A stretch of DNA of 64,000 nt from Candidatus Aminicenantia bacterium (GCA_965225955.1 CBDDBX010000015.1:32923-96922); one strand, 5' to 3'. Positions 45,820 through 56,147 are shown, counted from the stretch's first letter. Numbers and translations: made by a program. Notes: generated by a model from the letters alone, not told the origin.

Positions 45820-46269
45820 CTATATTGAATTAGTAAGCTGAAGTTTTCTATTACTGAAAGAAGCATCTGTTTTATGAAGATTTACTGCTTTTGGAATCTT
45901 CTTATCAACGTATAGAATATGTTCGTATATCCATCCCAGAAGAAAGCCCAGTAGTTTGAGATGTACATCGTTACCTTCATTATGGTACTGATCGTATAAT
46001 TCATTAACGGTGTTCATAAAGCGTTTGTGATCAAATTGCTGTTCTTCTAAAAGCTGTGCAGCATTTTCTCTTATATAGTCTTCTTCAAATTTGAAGTGGC
46101 GCTCTGAATACTCTTTCAGTAATCTGAATATCTTAAGTATTTCATCTTCAGAACTGCCTTTTTTTACTGCGTCAACCAGCTGATTGGTAAACTGTATAAT
46201 GTTTTTGTGCTGTTTATCTATTGCTTCAATATTAACCGAGAAACGCTCTGTCCACTTTATCTTTTCCAT
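45820..46269 (-). CDS. Bacteriohemerythrin
   Basis: 149 aa. KWTERFSVNIEAIDKQHKNII plus hemerythrin ligand pattern. Confidence 0.88.
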   Translation of the reverse strand: MEKIKWTERFSVNIEAIDKQHKNIIQFTNQLVDAVKKGSSEDEILKIFRLLKEYSERHFKFEEDYIRENAAQLLEEQQFDHKRFMNTVNELYDQYHNEGNDVHLKLLGFLLGWIYEHILYVDKKIPKAVNLHKTDASFSNRKLQLTNSI

Positions 46270-46870
46270 CGATATACTTCTCTAATCCTTAATATGAGTG
46301 AGTTAAATAAGGTTTTATGGCGACATTATAGTTCATAACTTTGATTTCGCAAAGGGTTTTTTGAATTTTTTATACGTTTCAGTGTTGAGAGGTAATTTTT
46401 AATATGTGAATTTTTTGTTAAGAGAAACAACTCTTCTGAAAAGCAGTTTACAACAGAAGATCAGAAGTTCAGATTATGGTTGTGGAGAAAGCGAACAATT
46501 TTACTACTGTCTATTCCTCTGCTGCACTCAATAATTATTTCGGAGAAGTTCTGATGCTTTCTCCACTTTAAATATAGATTTATGTTGCTGAAATCTGTAC
46601 AAAAATATGCCTGAATTTTTCTTTTTTTGAAGAGTTTAGGAATAAGCCTGCTTTTTCATTGTTATGTGCATTTGAAGTTGATATTTAAAAAATTCAATCT
46701 ATATATTGTCTTGTGTGTGTTAATGTAAACAAAATAAAGGTTAGGTTAATCAAAAAAAGTTGACAGCACTAATTATTTAAACAATAGCCTTAAAACACCT
46801 GGCCAATAGTAAAGGGTTCCTGTTTTTATGGTCATATGAGCCAAAGCTATCAAGAGATAAGGAGGATTTC

Positions 46871-49057
46871 ATGTGTTTTGCTGGAGATACTTTGAAAAAA
46901 GTAGTGGTTCTCATAATGTTGTCCGGTTTGTTGAGTTTATCAGCCTTTGCTCAGGAAGAGGATATCACTGAGCTTAGTCTTGAGGATATGCTTAATGTAG
47001 AGATAATCAGTGCTTCAAAATTTAAAGAGTCGGTTAAAGATACTCCGGCAACCATGTTGATAATAACCCGTAAAGACATCGAGAGGAGAGGTTATACAAG
47101 TCTTACTCAGGTATTTGCTGATGTACCGGGCTTTGATGTTATTGTTGCACAGGGGGATACTTATCAACAACTCTATGCAAGAGGTAACAGAACCGGCTCT
47201 CTTAATGAGAGAACAATGTTTATGGTTAATGGTATTGAACATAATATGCTTTATACCCAGCATATGCAGATTGATAATGATTTTCCGTTGTCTGTTATTG
47301 AGAGAATTGAGATTCTGTTCGGCCCAGCTTCTGCTGTGTATGGCCCAAATGCTTTTTCCGGTGTAATAAATGTTATTACCCGTAATCCTGCCGACCTTGA
47401 AGATAAAGAGAGTAAAGTATTTGCCCGTTTTGGAATGGGAACCAATAATACCAGATTTGGAGATATCACAGTACTCTCCAGATCAGGAGATATCGGAGTA
47501 GCGGTCTCTTATAGAAGATATGTTAGTGACAGAGCTGATTTTTCAGACCGGAAGGGCTTTTTTAAAGAAGGTGATATTATTGGGAATCCTGATATCTGGG
47601 GACCATATGCAACTGAGTACCCTGAATGGAATAATGAAACAGATAACTACGCTATTCTTGGTAGATTAACATATAAAACTTTTGAGCTCGGTTACCACAA
47701 ATTCAGTAATAAAAATGGCAATGGAGGTGTCTATCCTCTGGACAGAGCAATGGCTGGTGCAGACTGGAGATTTTCAAGAGAGATATTATATTTAAAAAAC
47801 AACTCAGATATTACTGACAGGCTATCCTGGAGTATGCTGACTACGTATCAGAAAGGCGGTGCTCCTCCTGATGCCACCTGGGGACAGGGATGGAATGCAG
47901 GAGATACGTGGGATACCCAGAGAACGGTGGAACTGCTTACGTGGAAGTTCCTTTCTGAAAAATGGGTTTTTTTCAATGATCTGATTTATAAAGTTAATGA
48001 TAACTGGATTTTAAGTGGGGGACTTAAATTTGCAGCAGGTAATTATCAGAAAGGATATGAGCATAGCAGGTCTGACAGAATTGTTTTTATGCCGGGAGAT
48101 ACGGAATTTATGTATGATATGCTCTATCCTGAAGCTCAATCTGACTATATAACACCAGGTAATAACTTCAAAGATAATGAATGGGGAACCTATTTTCAGG
48201 CTAAATGGCTGGCACCAAATGATAAAATAGTTCTGGTTCTTGGTGCAAGATATGACGACAATAATGTATATGGCGATACCTTTAATCCACGTGTAGGTAT
48301 TGTATATAAGTTTTCTAAAAAGTTCCTCATAAAAGCAAATTACGGTTCTGCTTTCCAGGCGCCTGCTCCAAGAAATGTAGGTGGCAGCTGGGGGGGGCTG
48401 GAGGTAAGTGCAAATCTGAAACCCGATAAGATCAAAACAGTAGATTTCAGTATGGTTGCCCAGATGAAAGATTTTGCTCACGATGTGACTCTTTTCAGAA
48501 ATGAAGTAACAGACAGTATTCTGCAGGGAGAGAATCTTCCAAAGAAAACTATGTATGGAGTTGAGTACAAATTTAACTATTTCAGGAAAGAGATTTCCGA
48601 TACTATTTCTGATTTTAATCTCCATTTTAACTATGCTCTTACTGATTCAAAATATAAAGTCCCAAGAACAAATAGTGTAACCGGCAGAAGTTCAGATAAG
48701 GTCGGGGGTATTGCCAAACATAAATTCAATATTATTGGTGGTATGACCTTCAGCAGAATATTCCTTGTAAATATGAAGATAAACTATGTAGGAAAAAGGC
48801 CTACAATAGTATCAAATCCTATAGAAGAAGTAGATGCCTACATAACAGCTGGAATAAGTCTGCAGGTTAAGGATATCTTTAAAAAAATTACTCTCTTTCT
48901 GAATGTTGAGAATATCTTTAACAGGATGTACTATCATCCGGGATATGATAGTGCCAATGCTGGTGAAGATATATCAAAGCCAAGTCCTGGATGGTACTCA
49001 TCAAGACTTCCACAGGGAGGTAGAACTTTTGTTGCGGGTGTAAGAATGGAGATCTGA
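46871..49057 (+). CDS. TonB-dependent receptor
   Basis: 728 aa. SD AAGGAGG and a signal peptide. Plug DTPATMLIITRKDIERRGYTSLTQVFADVPG and RIEILFGPASAVYGPNAFSGVINVIT. C-terminal barrel ends ...GVRMEI. Confidence 0.88.
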   Translation: MCFAGDTLKKVVVLIMLSGLLSLSAFAQEEDITELSLEDMLNVEIISASKFKESVKDTPATMLIITRKDIERRGYTSLTQVFADVPGFDVIVAQGDTYQQLYARGNRTGSLNERTMFMVNGIEHNMLYTQHMQIDNDFPLSVIERIEILFGPASAVYGPNAFSGVINVITRNPADLEDKESKVFARFGMGTNNTRFGDITVLSRSGDIGVAVSYRRYVSDRADFSDRKGFFKEGDIIGNPDIWGPYATEYPEWNNETDNYAILGRLTYKTFELGYHKFSNKNGNGGVYPLDRAMAGADWRFSREILYLKNNSDITDRLSWSMLTTYQKGGAPPDATWGQGWNAGDTWDTQRTVELLTWKFLSEKWVFFNDLIYKVNDNWILSGGLKFAAGNYQKGYEHSRSDRIVFMPGDTEFMYDMLYPEAQSDYITPGNNFKDNEWGTYFQAKWLAPNDKIVLVLGARYDDNNVYGDTFNPRVGIVYKFSKKFLIKANYGSAFQAPAPRNVGGSWGGLEVSANLKPDKIKTVDFSMVAQMKDFAHDVTLFRNEVTDSILQGENLPKKTMYGVEYKFNYFRKEISDTISDFNLHFNYALTDSKYKVPRTNSVTGRSSDKVGGIAKHKFNIIGGMTFSRIFLVNMKINYVGKRPTIVSNPIEEVDAYITAGISLQVKDIFKKITLFLNVENIFNRMYYHPGYDSANAGEDISKPSPGWYSSRLPQGGRTFVAGVRMEI

Positions 49058-49165
49058 TATTATAAGTAATCATAACTTCCCCGGCTGATCAGGCGGGGAA
49101 AGAAATTATTCTCTCTGATCTTGCATATCCACCTTATCCTGTGTTAATTTTCAAATGTTATATAA

Positions 49166-49804
49166 ATGGGGTGTGCTATGTCTTTAAAATATGGAACAGG
49201 TGTCCTGATAATAATTCTCTTTCTTCTTACGGGTTGCTCTTCAGATAGTGCTTCAGAAAGTAATTTTACAGAAGCTTTGAATAGATATCATGAGGAAAAT
49301 CCTCTTTATCTGCAACTGAAATATGTAAAAGAGTTTCCTTATAAAGTTGCTCTTAACAGTCTGAATGAGAGAAAGGTCTATTATCTTGACCTTTTTGTAG
49401 AGGCAAATATGCTGGATAAAAGTCTCAAATCTGAAGATAAGTCCTTCGGTATTCTGGGTAAAAAGAGAATTGAATATGCGGTATACTCTCTTACAGAGAG
49501 AGGAGAAGAGTTGTTTCGTAAGAGAATAAAAAAGAGACTTCTTGATTATGCTTCAGGTTTTATTGCAGGGCGAACAGAAGTAAGAGAGATAATCTTCTTT
49601 TCAGAACCATCTGTTATGGGTGGTAAAACTGTATCTGAAGTTAAATACAGACTGAATGTTGAGATGGAGGAAGAGTTCCGTGAAGATACAGTTCTAAGTG
49701 AGAGAATTCCTCTTGTTGGAAAAATTAAGAAAGATATAGTACCTCCTGCGAAAGCAGTTCTGATTCTTACAGATAAGGGCTGGATTCACAGAAAGCAGTT
49801 CTGA
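49166..49804 (+). CDS. Hypothetical lipoprotein
   Basis: Lipobox LLTGCSS. 212-aa ORF. Alternative start at 49178. Confidence 0.6.
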   Translation: MGCAMSLKYGTGVLIIILFLLTGCSSDSASESNFTEALNRYHEENPLYLQLKYVKEFPYKVALNSLNERKVYYLDLFVEANMLDKSLKSEDKSFGILGKKRIEYAVYSLTERGEELFRKRIKKRLLDYASGFIAGRTEVREIIFFSEPSVMGGKTVSEVKYRLNVEMEEEFREDTVLSERIPLVGKIKKDIVPPAKAVLILTDKGWIHRKQF

Positions 49805-50022
49805 TTATGATGATAATCCTCTTCTATCCATGTGGGAATAGTCTGAACTCTGTCAAATGCATAGTTAAGACCGGTCATATTTCCTACTCTGAAGTATTGA
49901 GCACCGATTTCGATATCTTTGAAAGAGAGGGAAGGATTTTTTGCAGAAAAAATTAAAAAAAACAGAAAAAGCTTTAAAAATAAAAATCCAGATTGTAGAA
50001 TTAAAGAGTAAGTTTTTTTCAT
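49786..50022 (-). CDS. Small hypothetical secreted protein
   Basis: ATG at 50022 behind GGAGG. Hydrophobic N-terminus. It overlaps the convergent lipoprotein gene by 19 bp. Support is weak. Confidence 0.3.
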   Translation of the reverse strand: MKKTYSLILQSGFLFLKLFLFFLIFSAKNPSLSFKDIEIGAQYFRVGNMTGLNYAFDRVQTIPTWIEEDYHHNQNCFL

Positions 50023-50278
50023 TTTTCCTCCGATCAACTCCTGGTCGGGGGATTTTGTCACCTTTTAACTGAAGCCTTATTACAACGCTATTTATACTCT
50101 GCTATTATCTACGATACCTCAACAGAATATTGGAAGTTAGTCAGGGATATAAATACTTTCTGATTTATTTGGTATCACTTTACGGAGTATCTGTCCTTTT
50201 TGTAAAACAGATTTACTAATTCTCGTCTGGCAACATAGTTGCTAACATCAGGCGAACGGTTTGCAAAGGAGAGTGCTT

Positions 50279-51238
50279 ATGAAAAGTAAGGGCAAAAAGA
50301 TACTGATTATAATGACTCTAACATCTCTGATGTTGTCAGGGCTTGAAGCAAAGGTAAGTAAAAAGGCAGAAATTCTTAAAGGGGTTGCGGAGTATTGTGA
50401 AAGGTTAAACAAGGAGATTTTTCATTTCTTCTGTTATGAGAAGATAGAGGAATCTGTTGAGCAGGAGTTGAAATATCCAAACAGGAACAGGGGACTTAAG
50501 AATTTTCTTGATGGTAATCCCCAGAGGCAGAAAGACTCTCAATACGAAGCAATAAATCAGCAGAGGAATCAGAGAATAAGAAGAAACTACGCCTCAAGAA
50601 GAAAGGTAACCAAAAATATCTATCTCCATGACTACCAGATAATAAAAGAGAACTGGAGAGTCAGAGAGAGACGTAAACCTCTTAAAGTTGATGAGAAGAT
50701 CAGGAAGATAACCGGTCGTACTGTTATCTATTCATATAAAGCTGCTCTTACGCCGGTTTTTCTGTTTTCAAAAGAGAATCAGAAGCTCTACAACTATAAA
50801 ATCGGAAAAAAGAAGCGTCTTATGGGTAGAAAAACTGTAGAGGTGATTGTAAGCAGAAAATCTGATGATACTATGCTTGTTAAGGCCTGGCTTGATATCA
50901 GAGACTTCTCTCTTCTTAAGTTCAACGTTATGCCGGAAGCTATTAAAGGGTATAATGAAATTGTACATCTTAATAGTAAAAAAATGGATAATATCAGTGT
51001 AAAGGATGTTCACTATTTCGGGCATCTCCGTAATGGTCTCAGGTATCCAACAAAAACCGAAATTTATATCTCTTATGACAGAGAGCCCCAAAGGGTTCTG
51101 AACACCAGCAGAAGCCGAGTGCTTCACGGTGCAAGAGTTTATACCAAACTACAGACTCTTATCTATTATAAAGACTATCAGTTCTTTAATGCAGGAGCAG
51201 AAAATCCGGTTTTTCATAATCTGGAGGATATAAAATGA
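50279..51238 (+). CDS. Hypothetical secreted protein, first gene of the VWA-like operon
   Basis: I prefer the ATG at 50279 behind AAAGGAGAG. Signal-like N-terminus. Overlaps the next gene by 4 nt (ATGA). Confidence 0.6.
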   Translation: MKSKGKKILIIMTLTSLMLSGLEAKVSKKAEILKGVAEYCERLNKEIFHFFCYEKIEESVEQELKYPNRNRGLKNFLDGNPQRQKDSQYEAINQQRNQRIRRNYASRRKVTKNIYLHDYQIIKENWRVRERRKPLKVDEKIRKITGRTVIYSYKAALTPVFLFSKENQKLYNYKIGKKKRLMGRKTVEVIVSRKSDDTMLVKAWLDIRDFSLLKFNVMPEAIKGYNEIVHLNSKKMDNISVKDVHYFGHLRNGLRYPTKTEIYISYDREPQRVLNTSRSRVLHGARVYTKLQTLIYYKDYQFFNAGAENPVFHNLEDIK

Positions 51239-53391
51239 AACTTCTGAAAATTTTTTTTATGATTCTCTATTTTGTAATGGGAATGGTTGCTGAAGATAAG
51301 ATTCAGCATAAAACTGGGGTTGAAGCAAGAATACTCCCTCTCTGTGTTGTCGATAGTAGTGGAGAGCCTGTTATGGATCTGAAAAAGAGAGATCTGATAC
51401 TTAAGGTTGGTGGTAAGGCTGTAGATTTTAAAATATTAAAATATGACTTCAGTGGCGGGATAAAGGTTGAAGAGAGAGTAAGTAAAAGAGAGCGACAGCT
51501 ACAGGAGAGAGTTGTATTTCTTCTTTTTGATGCAATGTACAATAGCAAACTGGGGTTATTGAGGGCGAAAGATATTGCTACCAGATATATTAAAAAAGCC
51601 GGCCCGGGAAACAGCTATGTTGTAATGAGTCTGACGGGAAATGAAGGTCTGAAATATATTATGGGGCCCTCAAAAGATAAAGAAAAACTGTGTATAGTTA
51701 TTAATGAACTCGATATTTCACCTGAAATATATGCTCCAAATATATTCTCTCTTGTTGGTAAAGATGCAGCAGCAGAAGGAATGATGCAGAATGATCCTGA
51801 AGGAATTAAATTCCTGATGTATTATCAGAAGAGCAGAGAGCAGATCTACTACATCAATAATATAAAGAGTTTCTCCGACAAGCTTGGGCGGTTGAGATAT
51901 ATCCTTAAAACTATAGAACTCCCGAGAACGGTATTTCTGCTTTCAGAGGGAATCGCCAGAGGGGCATTTAATCAGAGAGGAAATAAGCTGGATGGTGAAA
52001 AGAAAAATACCGCTCTGTTTAATCTACTGAGAGGCACAATGAGGTCAATTTCTGCTACAGGAGCTATGTTCTATACAATTAATCCACAGCTGCTGAATCC
52101 TGAAACTGAGAGAACTTCACTTCAGGATTCCGGGGACAGAAGTCTTCAGTTACTGGCTCTTGAAGGAGGTGGGGAGTATTTCAGTGGTGCAGAGACCTCT
52201 GCAATTGTAGAGAATGTTACCAGAGCTTCAAGGGCATATTACGAACTGGCCTTCAGTGTTAAGGGTAGTAATAGAAAAAAAGTAAATGTGATCAGTAAAA
52301 GGGATGGCCTGAAAATTACGACTCTTCGGGGTGTTGAGGCAAAACAGAGCTATGAAAGTATGAATGATACTGAAAAACAGATGTATGCTGTTAATGTGAA
52401 TTTTAACAGAAGATGGTTGGAGAGCAAAAAATCTGCAGAATCAGCAGTATGCAGATATTTGAAAACTGTTTCAGTTGACGGAAAGGCACATAACAGGCTT
52501 GAAGTAAAGATTCCGGGTAAGTATGAAAAGAAAAATGCAGATATTTTTGTTGTGGATTTTTCAGTAAAAGATAAAGCTGATAAGCTGAATTATAAAAAGA
52601 AAAAGCTTGGAAAAACTGAGATCGTAGATGTTCCTGTAAGTAGAGACGGGAACAGTTTTTTTGTTATTCTTGACAGAGATACGGGTTATGCAATTTATGG
52701 AGATGGGGCATGGAGTTCAGGAAGCTGGAGTGGTGAAGCAGGAGATTTTACTTTTAATCAGAGTTCCCGGCTGATGAAGACTACAGGTGGAATGATAGAC
52801 ATCGATGAAAGTGGTGATAAACAGGTTGTCCGTCTGAATGGACAGACTATATTTACCAGTCCGGGGAATATGAGATTCAGCAAAATATTTAAAGCTGGCC
52901 TTGAAGATGCTGTGCTGCTGGAGTGTGCCAGAAGCTATCGCATGATTGTAATAAAAGCAGATGGAAGATATGGGGTTTCTGCAGAATACAGTAAAAAACC
53001 GGAACGTATCAGTGATAGATATGGTGCAATTCATGTTGGTAATTCTCCCGTAAGGATCGACAGGAAGGGGCGGGTTGAAGGTAGTCTTAAAAGTTTCTGG
53101 TTGTTTTTTGCCCGTTTCAGAATGGATGAGAAATTTCAGAGAGGAAGAGTAATTTTTCCCTCATTAAGAAACCGCTATGATTCAGAAGGTAAACTGAAGG
53201 GAACTGTAAAAGTTCCTGAGAAAGACTGGGCTTTTACCTCTTTTGAGGATTCTCCTCCTTACTACTGGGAAACTCCTGTAGTAAAGGGTAATACTGCCTA
53301 TGTTACTCTTAAAGGTGAAGGGGCAAATGTGAGAGTAGTTTTTGAGAAAAAGAGTGGTAACTGGCATCTTGTAAGAAGTGATTCATATTAA
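51235..53391 (+). CDS. Large secreted protein with an N-terminal VWA-related domain (TIGR03436-like pattern)
   Basis: The N-terminal pattern V-V-D-S-S-G-E-P-V..L-K-K-R-D-L-I-L-K-V-G-G-K-A-V-D-F, followed by VVFLLFDAMYNS, resembles 'VWFA-related' proteins. The remainder is unassigned. Confidence 0.55.
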   Translation: MKLLKIFFMILYFVMGMVAEDKIQHKTGVEARILPLCVVDSSGEPVMDLKKRDLILKVGGKAVDFKILKYDFSGGIKVEERVSKRERQLQERVVFLLFDAMYNSKLGLLRAKDIATRYIKKAGPGNSYVVMSLTGNEGLKYIMGPSKDKEKLCIVINELDISPEIYAPNIFSLVGKDAAAEGMMQNDPEGIKFLMYYQKSREQIYYINNIKSFSDKLGRLRYILKTIELPRTVFLLSEGIARGAFNQRGNKLDGEKKNTALFNLLRGTMRSISATGAMFYTINPQLLNPETERTSLQDSGDRSLQLLALEGGGEYFSGAETSAIVENVTRASRAYYELAFSVKGSNRKKVNVISKRDGLKITTLRGVEAKQSYESMNDTEKQMYAVNVNFNRRWLESKKSAESAVCRYLKTVSVDGKAHNRLEVKIPGKYEKKNADIFVVDFSVKDKADKLNYKKKKLGKTEIVDVPVSRDGNSFFVILDRDTGYAIYGDGAWSSGSWSGEAGDFTFNQSSRLMKTTGGMIDIDESGDKQVVRLNGQTIFTSPGNMRFSKIFKAGLEDAVLLECARSYRMIVIKADGRYGVSAEYSKKPERISDRYGAIHVGNSPVRIDRKGRVEGSLKSFWLFFARFRMDEKFQRGRVIFPSLRNRYDSEGKLKGTVKVPEKDWAFTSFEDSPPYYWETPVVKGNTAYVTLKGEGANVRVVFEKKSGNWHLVRSDSY

Positions 53392-53520
53392 ATATCAGTA
53401 GTAATGTAAAGACAGGTACAAGGCTGTTCAGGTATCTGTCTTTAATACCTGCATCGGTCAGGGTAATGCTTATCATACAAATGATTTGACATTATTGCTG
53501 CGGGTTTTTAGAATATCTGA

Positions 53521-53808
53521 ATGCTGGTTGGCGCAGGTATTATTAAATTGAGAATTCATGGGGCAATGTCTCTAAAGGACAAACGCAGAGTGGTTCGCCC
53601 ATTAATAGAAAAACTTAAAAACTCATTTAATATTTCTGTAGCTGAAGTTGGAGGTCATGATCTGCACGGATGGGCAGAAATAGGTTTCTCACTTTCAGGT
53701 AGTGACAGTGGTGTAATTGACAGTGTGATAAACAGGGTGCTGGAGTTCACCGAGTGTTATGGAGAGGCGGAAGTCGCCGGTTCTGAAACAGATATAATGA
53801 GGTTCTGA
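53521..53808 (+). CDS. DUF503 (YlxP-like) protein
   Basis: 95 aa. The pattern LRIHGAMSLKDKRRVVRPLIEKLKNSFNISVAEVG..D.....IGFS is typical of DUF503. Confidence 0.8.
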   Translation: MLVGAGIIKLRIHGAMSLKDKRRVVRPLIEKLKNSFNISVAEVGGHDLHGWAEIGFSLSGSDSGVIDSVINRVLEFTECYGEAEVAGSETDIMRF

Positions 53809-53850
53809 AAATATGATATCTTATAAAACAGATAATATGGATGCAGGAAA

Positions 53851-54708
53851 ATGAGTGTGCCGGGAATAACAAGAGCAGAACTTATTGATATAGGATATCA
53901 CGCAGGTGTTATTGCAGCTATTGTGCTTTTTACCATTCTGCTTTCTGTGATAATAAGAAAGCTTATGAACAGAAAGACTGGTATCTCCGGTGCTGATAAC
54001 AGCCAGTATAAGTTTATTTCCCACTTTGCAGCTGCAGGGATATATTTTGTTGGAGTTGTGCTGATAATCTATTCTATCCCTTCAATAAGAGGGGCTGCAA
54101 CAGCTGTCTTTGCCAGTTCAGGTGTATTGGCTATAATAATTGGTTTTGCTTCGAAACAGGCATTTGCCAATATTGTCGGAGGAGTGTTTATTGCAATATT
54201 CAAACCCTTCAGAATAGGGGATCGTCTCCGGTTGGTGGATAAGAATTTTCTGGGTATTGTTGAGGATATTACATTAAGGCACACTGTTATAAGAACCTTT
54301 GAAAACAAAAGAATCATTATTCCAAATTCAGTTATAAGTTCAGAGACAATAGAAAATGAGAACCTCATAGATGACAAAGTGTTAAAGTTCTGGGAAATAG
54401 GGGTATCATACAACTCAGATGTTGAAACAGCAAAAAAGATTATAAGAGAAGAGGTGCTGAATCATCCTCTGTTTTATGATAACAGAAGTGATGAAGCTGT
54501 GGAGGCAGGAGAGGAAGCTGTAAAAATCAGGTTGGTGGAGTTTAAAGAATCTTCTATGCTTTTAAGAGCTTATGTCTGGGTCAGAAACCCTGGTAGTGCA
54601 TTTCAGATAGGTTGCGATCTGAATGAGAGTGTTAAAAAAAGATTTGATGCTGAAGGAGTAGTGATTCCACTACCTGGCAGAAAAATATATATTGATAAAA
54701 ATAGTTGA
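53851..54708 (+). CDS. Small-conductance mechanosensitive channel (MscS family)
   Basis: Three TMs, then FANIVGGVFIAIFKPFRIGDRL...GIVEDITLRHTVIRTFENKRIIIPNS. Confidence 0.88.
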   Translation: MSVPGITRAELIDIGYHAGVIAAIVLFTILLSVIIRKLMNRKTGISGADNSQYKFISHFAAAGIYFVGVVLIIYSIPSIRGAATAVFASSGVLAIIIGFASKQAFANIVGGVFIAIFKPFRIGDRLRLVDKNFLGIVEDITLRHTVIRTFENKRIIIPNSVISSETIENENLIDDKVLKFWEIGVSYNSDVETAKKIIREEVLNHPLFYDNRSDEAVEAGEEAVKIRLVEFKESSMLLRAYVWVRNPGSAFQIGCDLNESVKKRFDAEGVVIPLPGRKIYIDKNS

Positions 54709-54846
54709 GGTTCCATTTTACCTTTCTGATTCTGGTGACGTCCTATATTTTTAGTCCCGTCAGGTGGTTACAATTGTGAACAAATTGATTGGAGGAGAGT
54801 GGCCGAAAAGCCCTGAAAGCTTTATTAAAGCCTGTTTAAAAGGCTT

Positions 54847-54875
54847 TTGAGAAGGGTTTTACAATATGCTATAAT
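54847..54875 (+). promoter_or_regulatory. Near-consensus sigma-70 promoter placed for a leaderless serS mRNA
   Basis: TTGAGA (54847-54852), a 17-nt spacer, then TATAAT (54870-54875). Only 6 nt (AGAACA, no SD) separate the -10 box from the serS ATG at 54882. Confidence 0.55.
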
Positions 54876-54881
54876 AGAACA

Positions 54882-56147
54882 ATGCTTGATCTTAATTTTG
54901 TAAGAAATAATTTGGAATTTGTAAAGAAGAAAGTAGAGGATAAAAAATCCTCTTTCGATATTGAGAACTTCAAAAAGCTTGATGCTGAAAGAAGAGGGAT
55001 AATAACTGAAACTGAAGCTCTTCAGTCGTCCAGAAAGAAGCTTTCAAAAGAGATTGGAATGATGCGCCGCGATGGTAAAGACAGTTCCGCTCTTGAAGCT
55101 GAATCTGTAGCTGTTGCTGAAAAGATCGGAGGACTTAACGATAAACTTCAGGAGCTTGAAGAGGCTTTTAAAGATATTCTGCTTAATATCCCTAATATGT
55201 ATGATGATTCTGTGCCTGTAGGTCAGGATGAAGCTGATAATGAAGTTGTCAGAGTTCATGGTGAAGCACCTGAACTGGATTTTGAAGCTAAACCTCACTG
55301 GGATCTGGGAGAACTTAATGAAGGTCTCGACTTTGCAAGAGCTGCAAAGATTACTGGTTCAAGATTTACAGTTTATCGTAAAAACTTTGCGAAACTTGAA
55401 AGAGTTCTGATCAGTTTTATGCTGGAAAAACATACTTCAGAAAATGGTTATATGGAAATTTTACCACCATTTATGGTTAATGATCAGAGTCTTATTGGAA
55501 CTGGTAATTTGCCTAAATTCAAAGATGACCTTTATAAAATTGAAGGCGAGAACTACTATCTTGTACCAACAGCAGAAGTACCTCTTACCAATATTCACAG
55601 AGACGAGGTGCTCGAAGAAAAAGAGTTACCGGTAAAATATGCTGCATATACACCATGTTTCAGAAGTGAAGCCGGTTCACACGGCAGGGATGTCAGAGGA
55701 ATAATCCGCCAGCATCAGTTTAATAAAGTGGAACTACTCCATTTTGTTAAACCTGAAGACTCATTTCAGCAGCTTGAAGAGCTTCTGGGTAGTGCCGAGT
55801 CAATTCTGAAAGATCTTGGACTACATTACAGAGTAGTAAAACTCTGCACTGGTGATCTGTCTTTCTCTTCAGCCAAAACATACGATATCGAAGTCTGGAT
55901 GCCTGCTCGTAACGGATATGTTGAAATATCTTCATGTTCCAACTTCCTTGATTTTCAGGCAAGAAGAGCAAGAATTAAATATAAGAATGTTAAAGGTAAG
56001 AAAGAGTTTCTTCATACTCTTAACGGTTCTGGCCTTGCAATAGGCCGTACTGTTGCAGCAATAATGGAAAATTATCAGGAGGATTCCGGCAGGATACGTA
56101 TCCCTGAAGCTCTTAAGGGGTATTTTAACGGACAGCAATACCTATAA
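54882..56147 (+). CDS. serS: Seryl-tRNA synthetase
   Basis: 421 aa. MLDLNFVRNN start, N-terminal coiled-coil arm and class II motifs (YTPCFRSEAGSHGRDVRGIIRQHQFNKVE; GSGLAIGRTVAAIMENYQ). Confidence 0.95.
   Translation: MLDLNFVRNNLEFVKKKVEDKKSSFDIENFKKLDAERRGIITETEALQSSRKKLSKEIGMMRRDGKDSSALEAESVAVAEKIGGLNDKLQELEEAFKDILLNIPNMYDDSVPVGQDEADNEVVRVHGEAPELDFEAKPHWDLGELNEGLDFARAAKITGSRFTVYRKNFAKLERVLISFMLEKHTSENGYMEILPPFMVNDQSLIGTGNLPKFKDDLYKIEGENYYLVPTAEVPLTNIHRDEVLEEKELPVKYAAYTPCFRSEAGSHGRDVRGIIRQHQFNKVELLHFVKPEDSFQQLEELLGSAESILKDLGLHYRVVKLCTGDLSFSSAKTYDIEVWMPARNGYVEISSCSNFLDFQARRARIKYKNVKGKKEFLHTLNGSGLAIGRTVAAIMENYQEDSGRIRIPEALKGYFNGQQYL

Noticed and set aside
46270-46870. Cobalamin/TPP riboswitch or Fur box upstream of the TonB-dependent receptors (also 32643-33099)
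   Set aside because: I looked for a B12-box-like GCCACTG core, the TPP CTGAGA element and a GATAATGATAATCATTATC-like Fur box. I found only short AT palindromes. An Rfam scan would be needed to exclude these elements properly.
48011-48625. 204-aa minus-strand ORF inside the second TonB-dependent receptor gene
   Set aside because: It is a shadow ORF antisense to a gene with clear plug and barrel motifs, and its translation is of low complexity.
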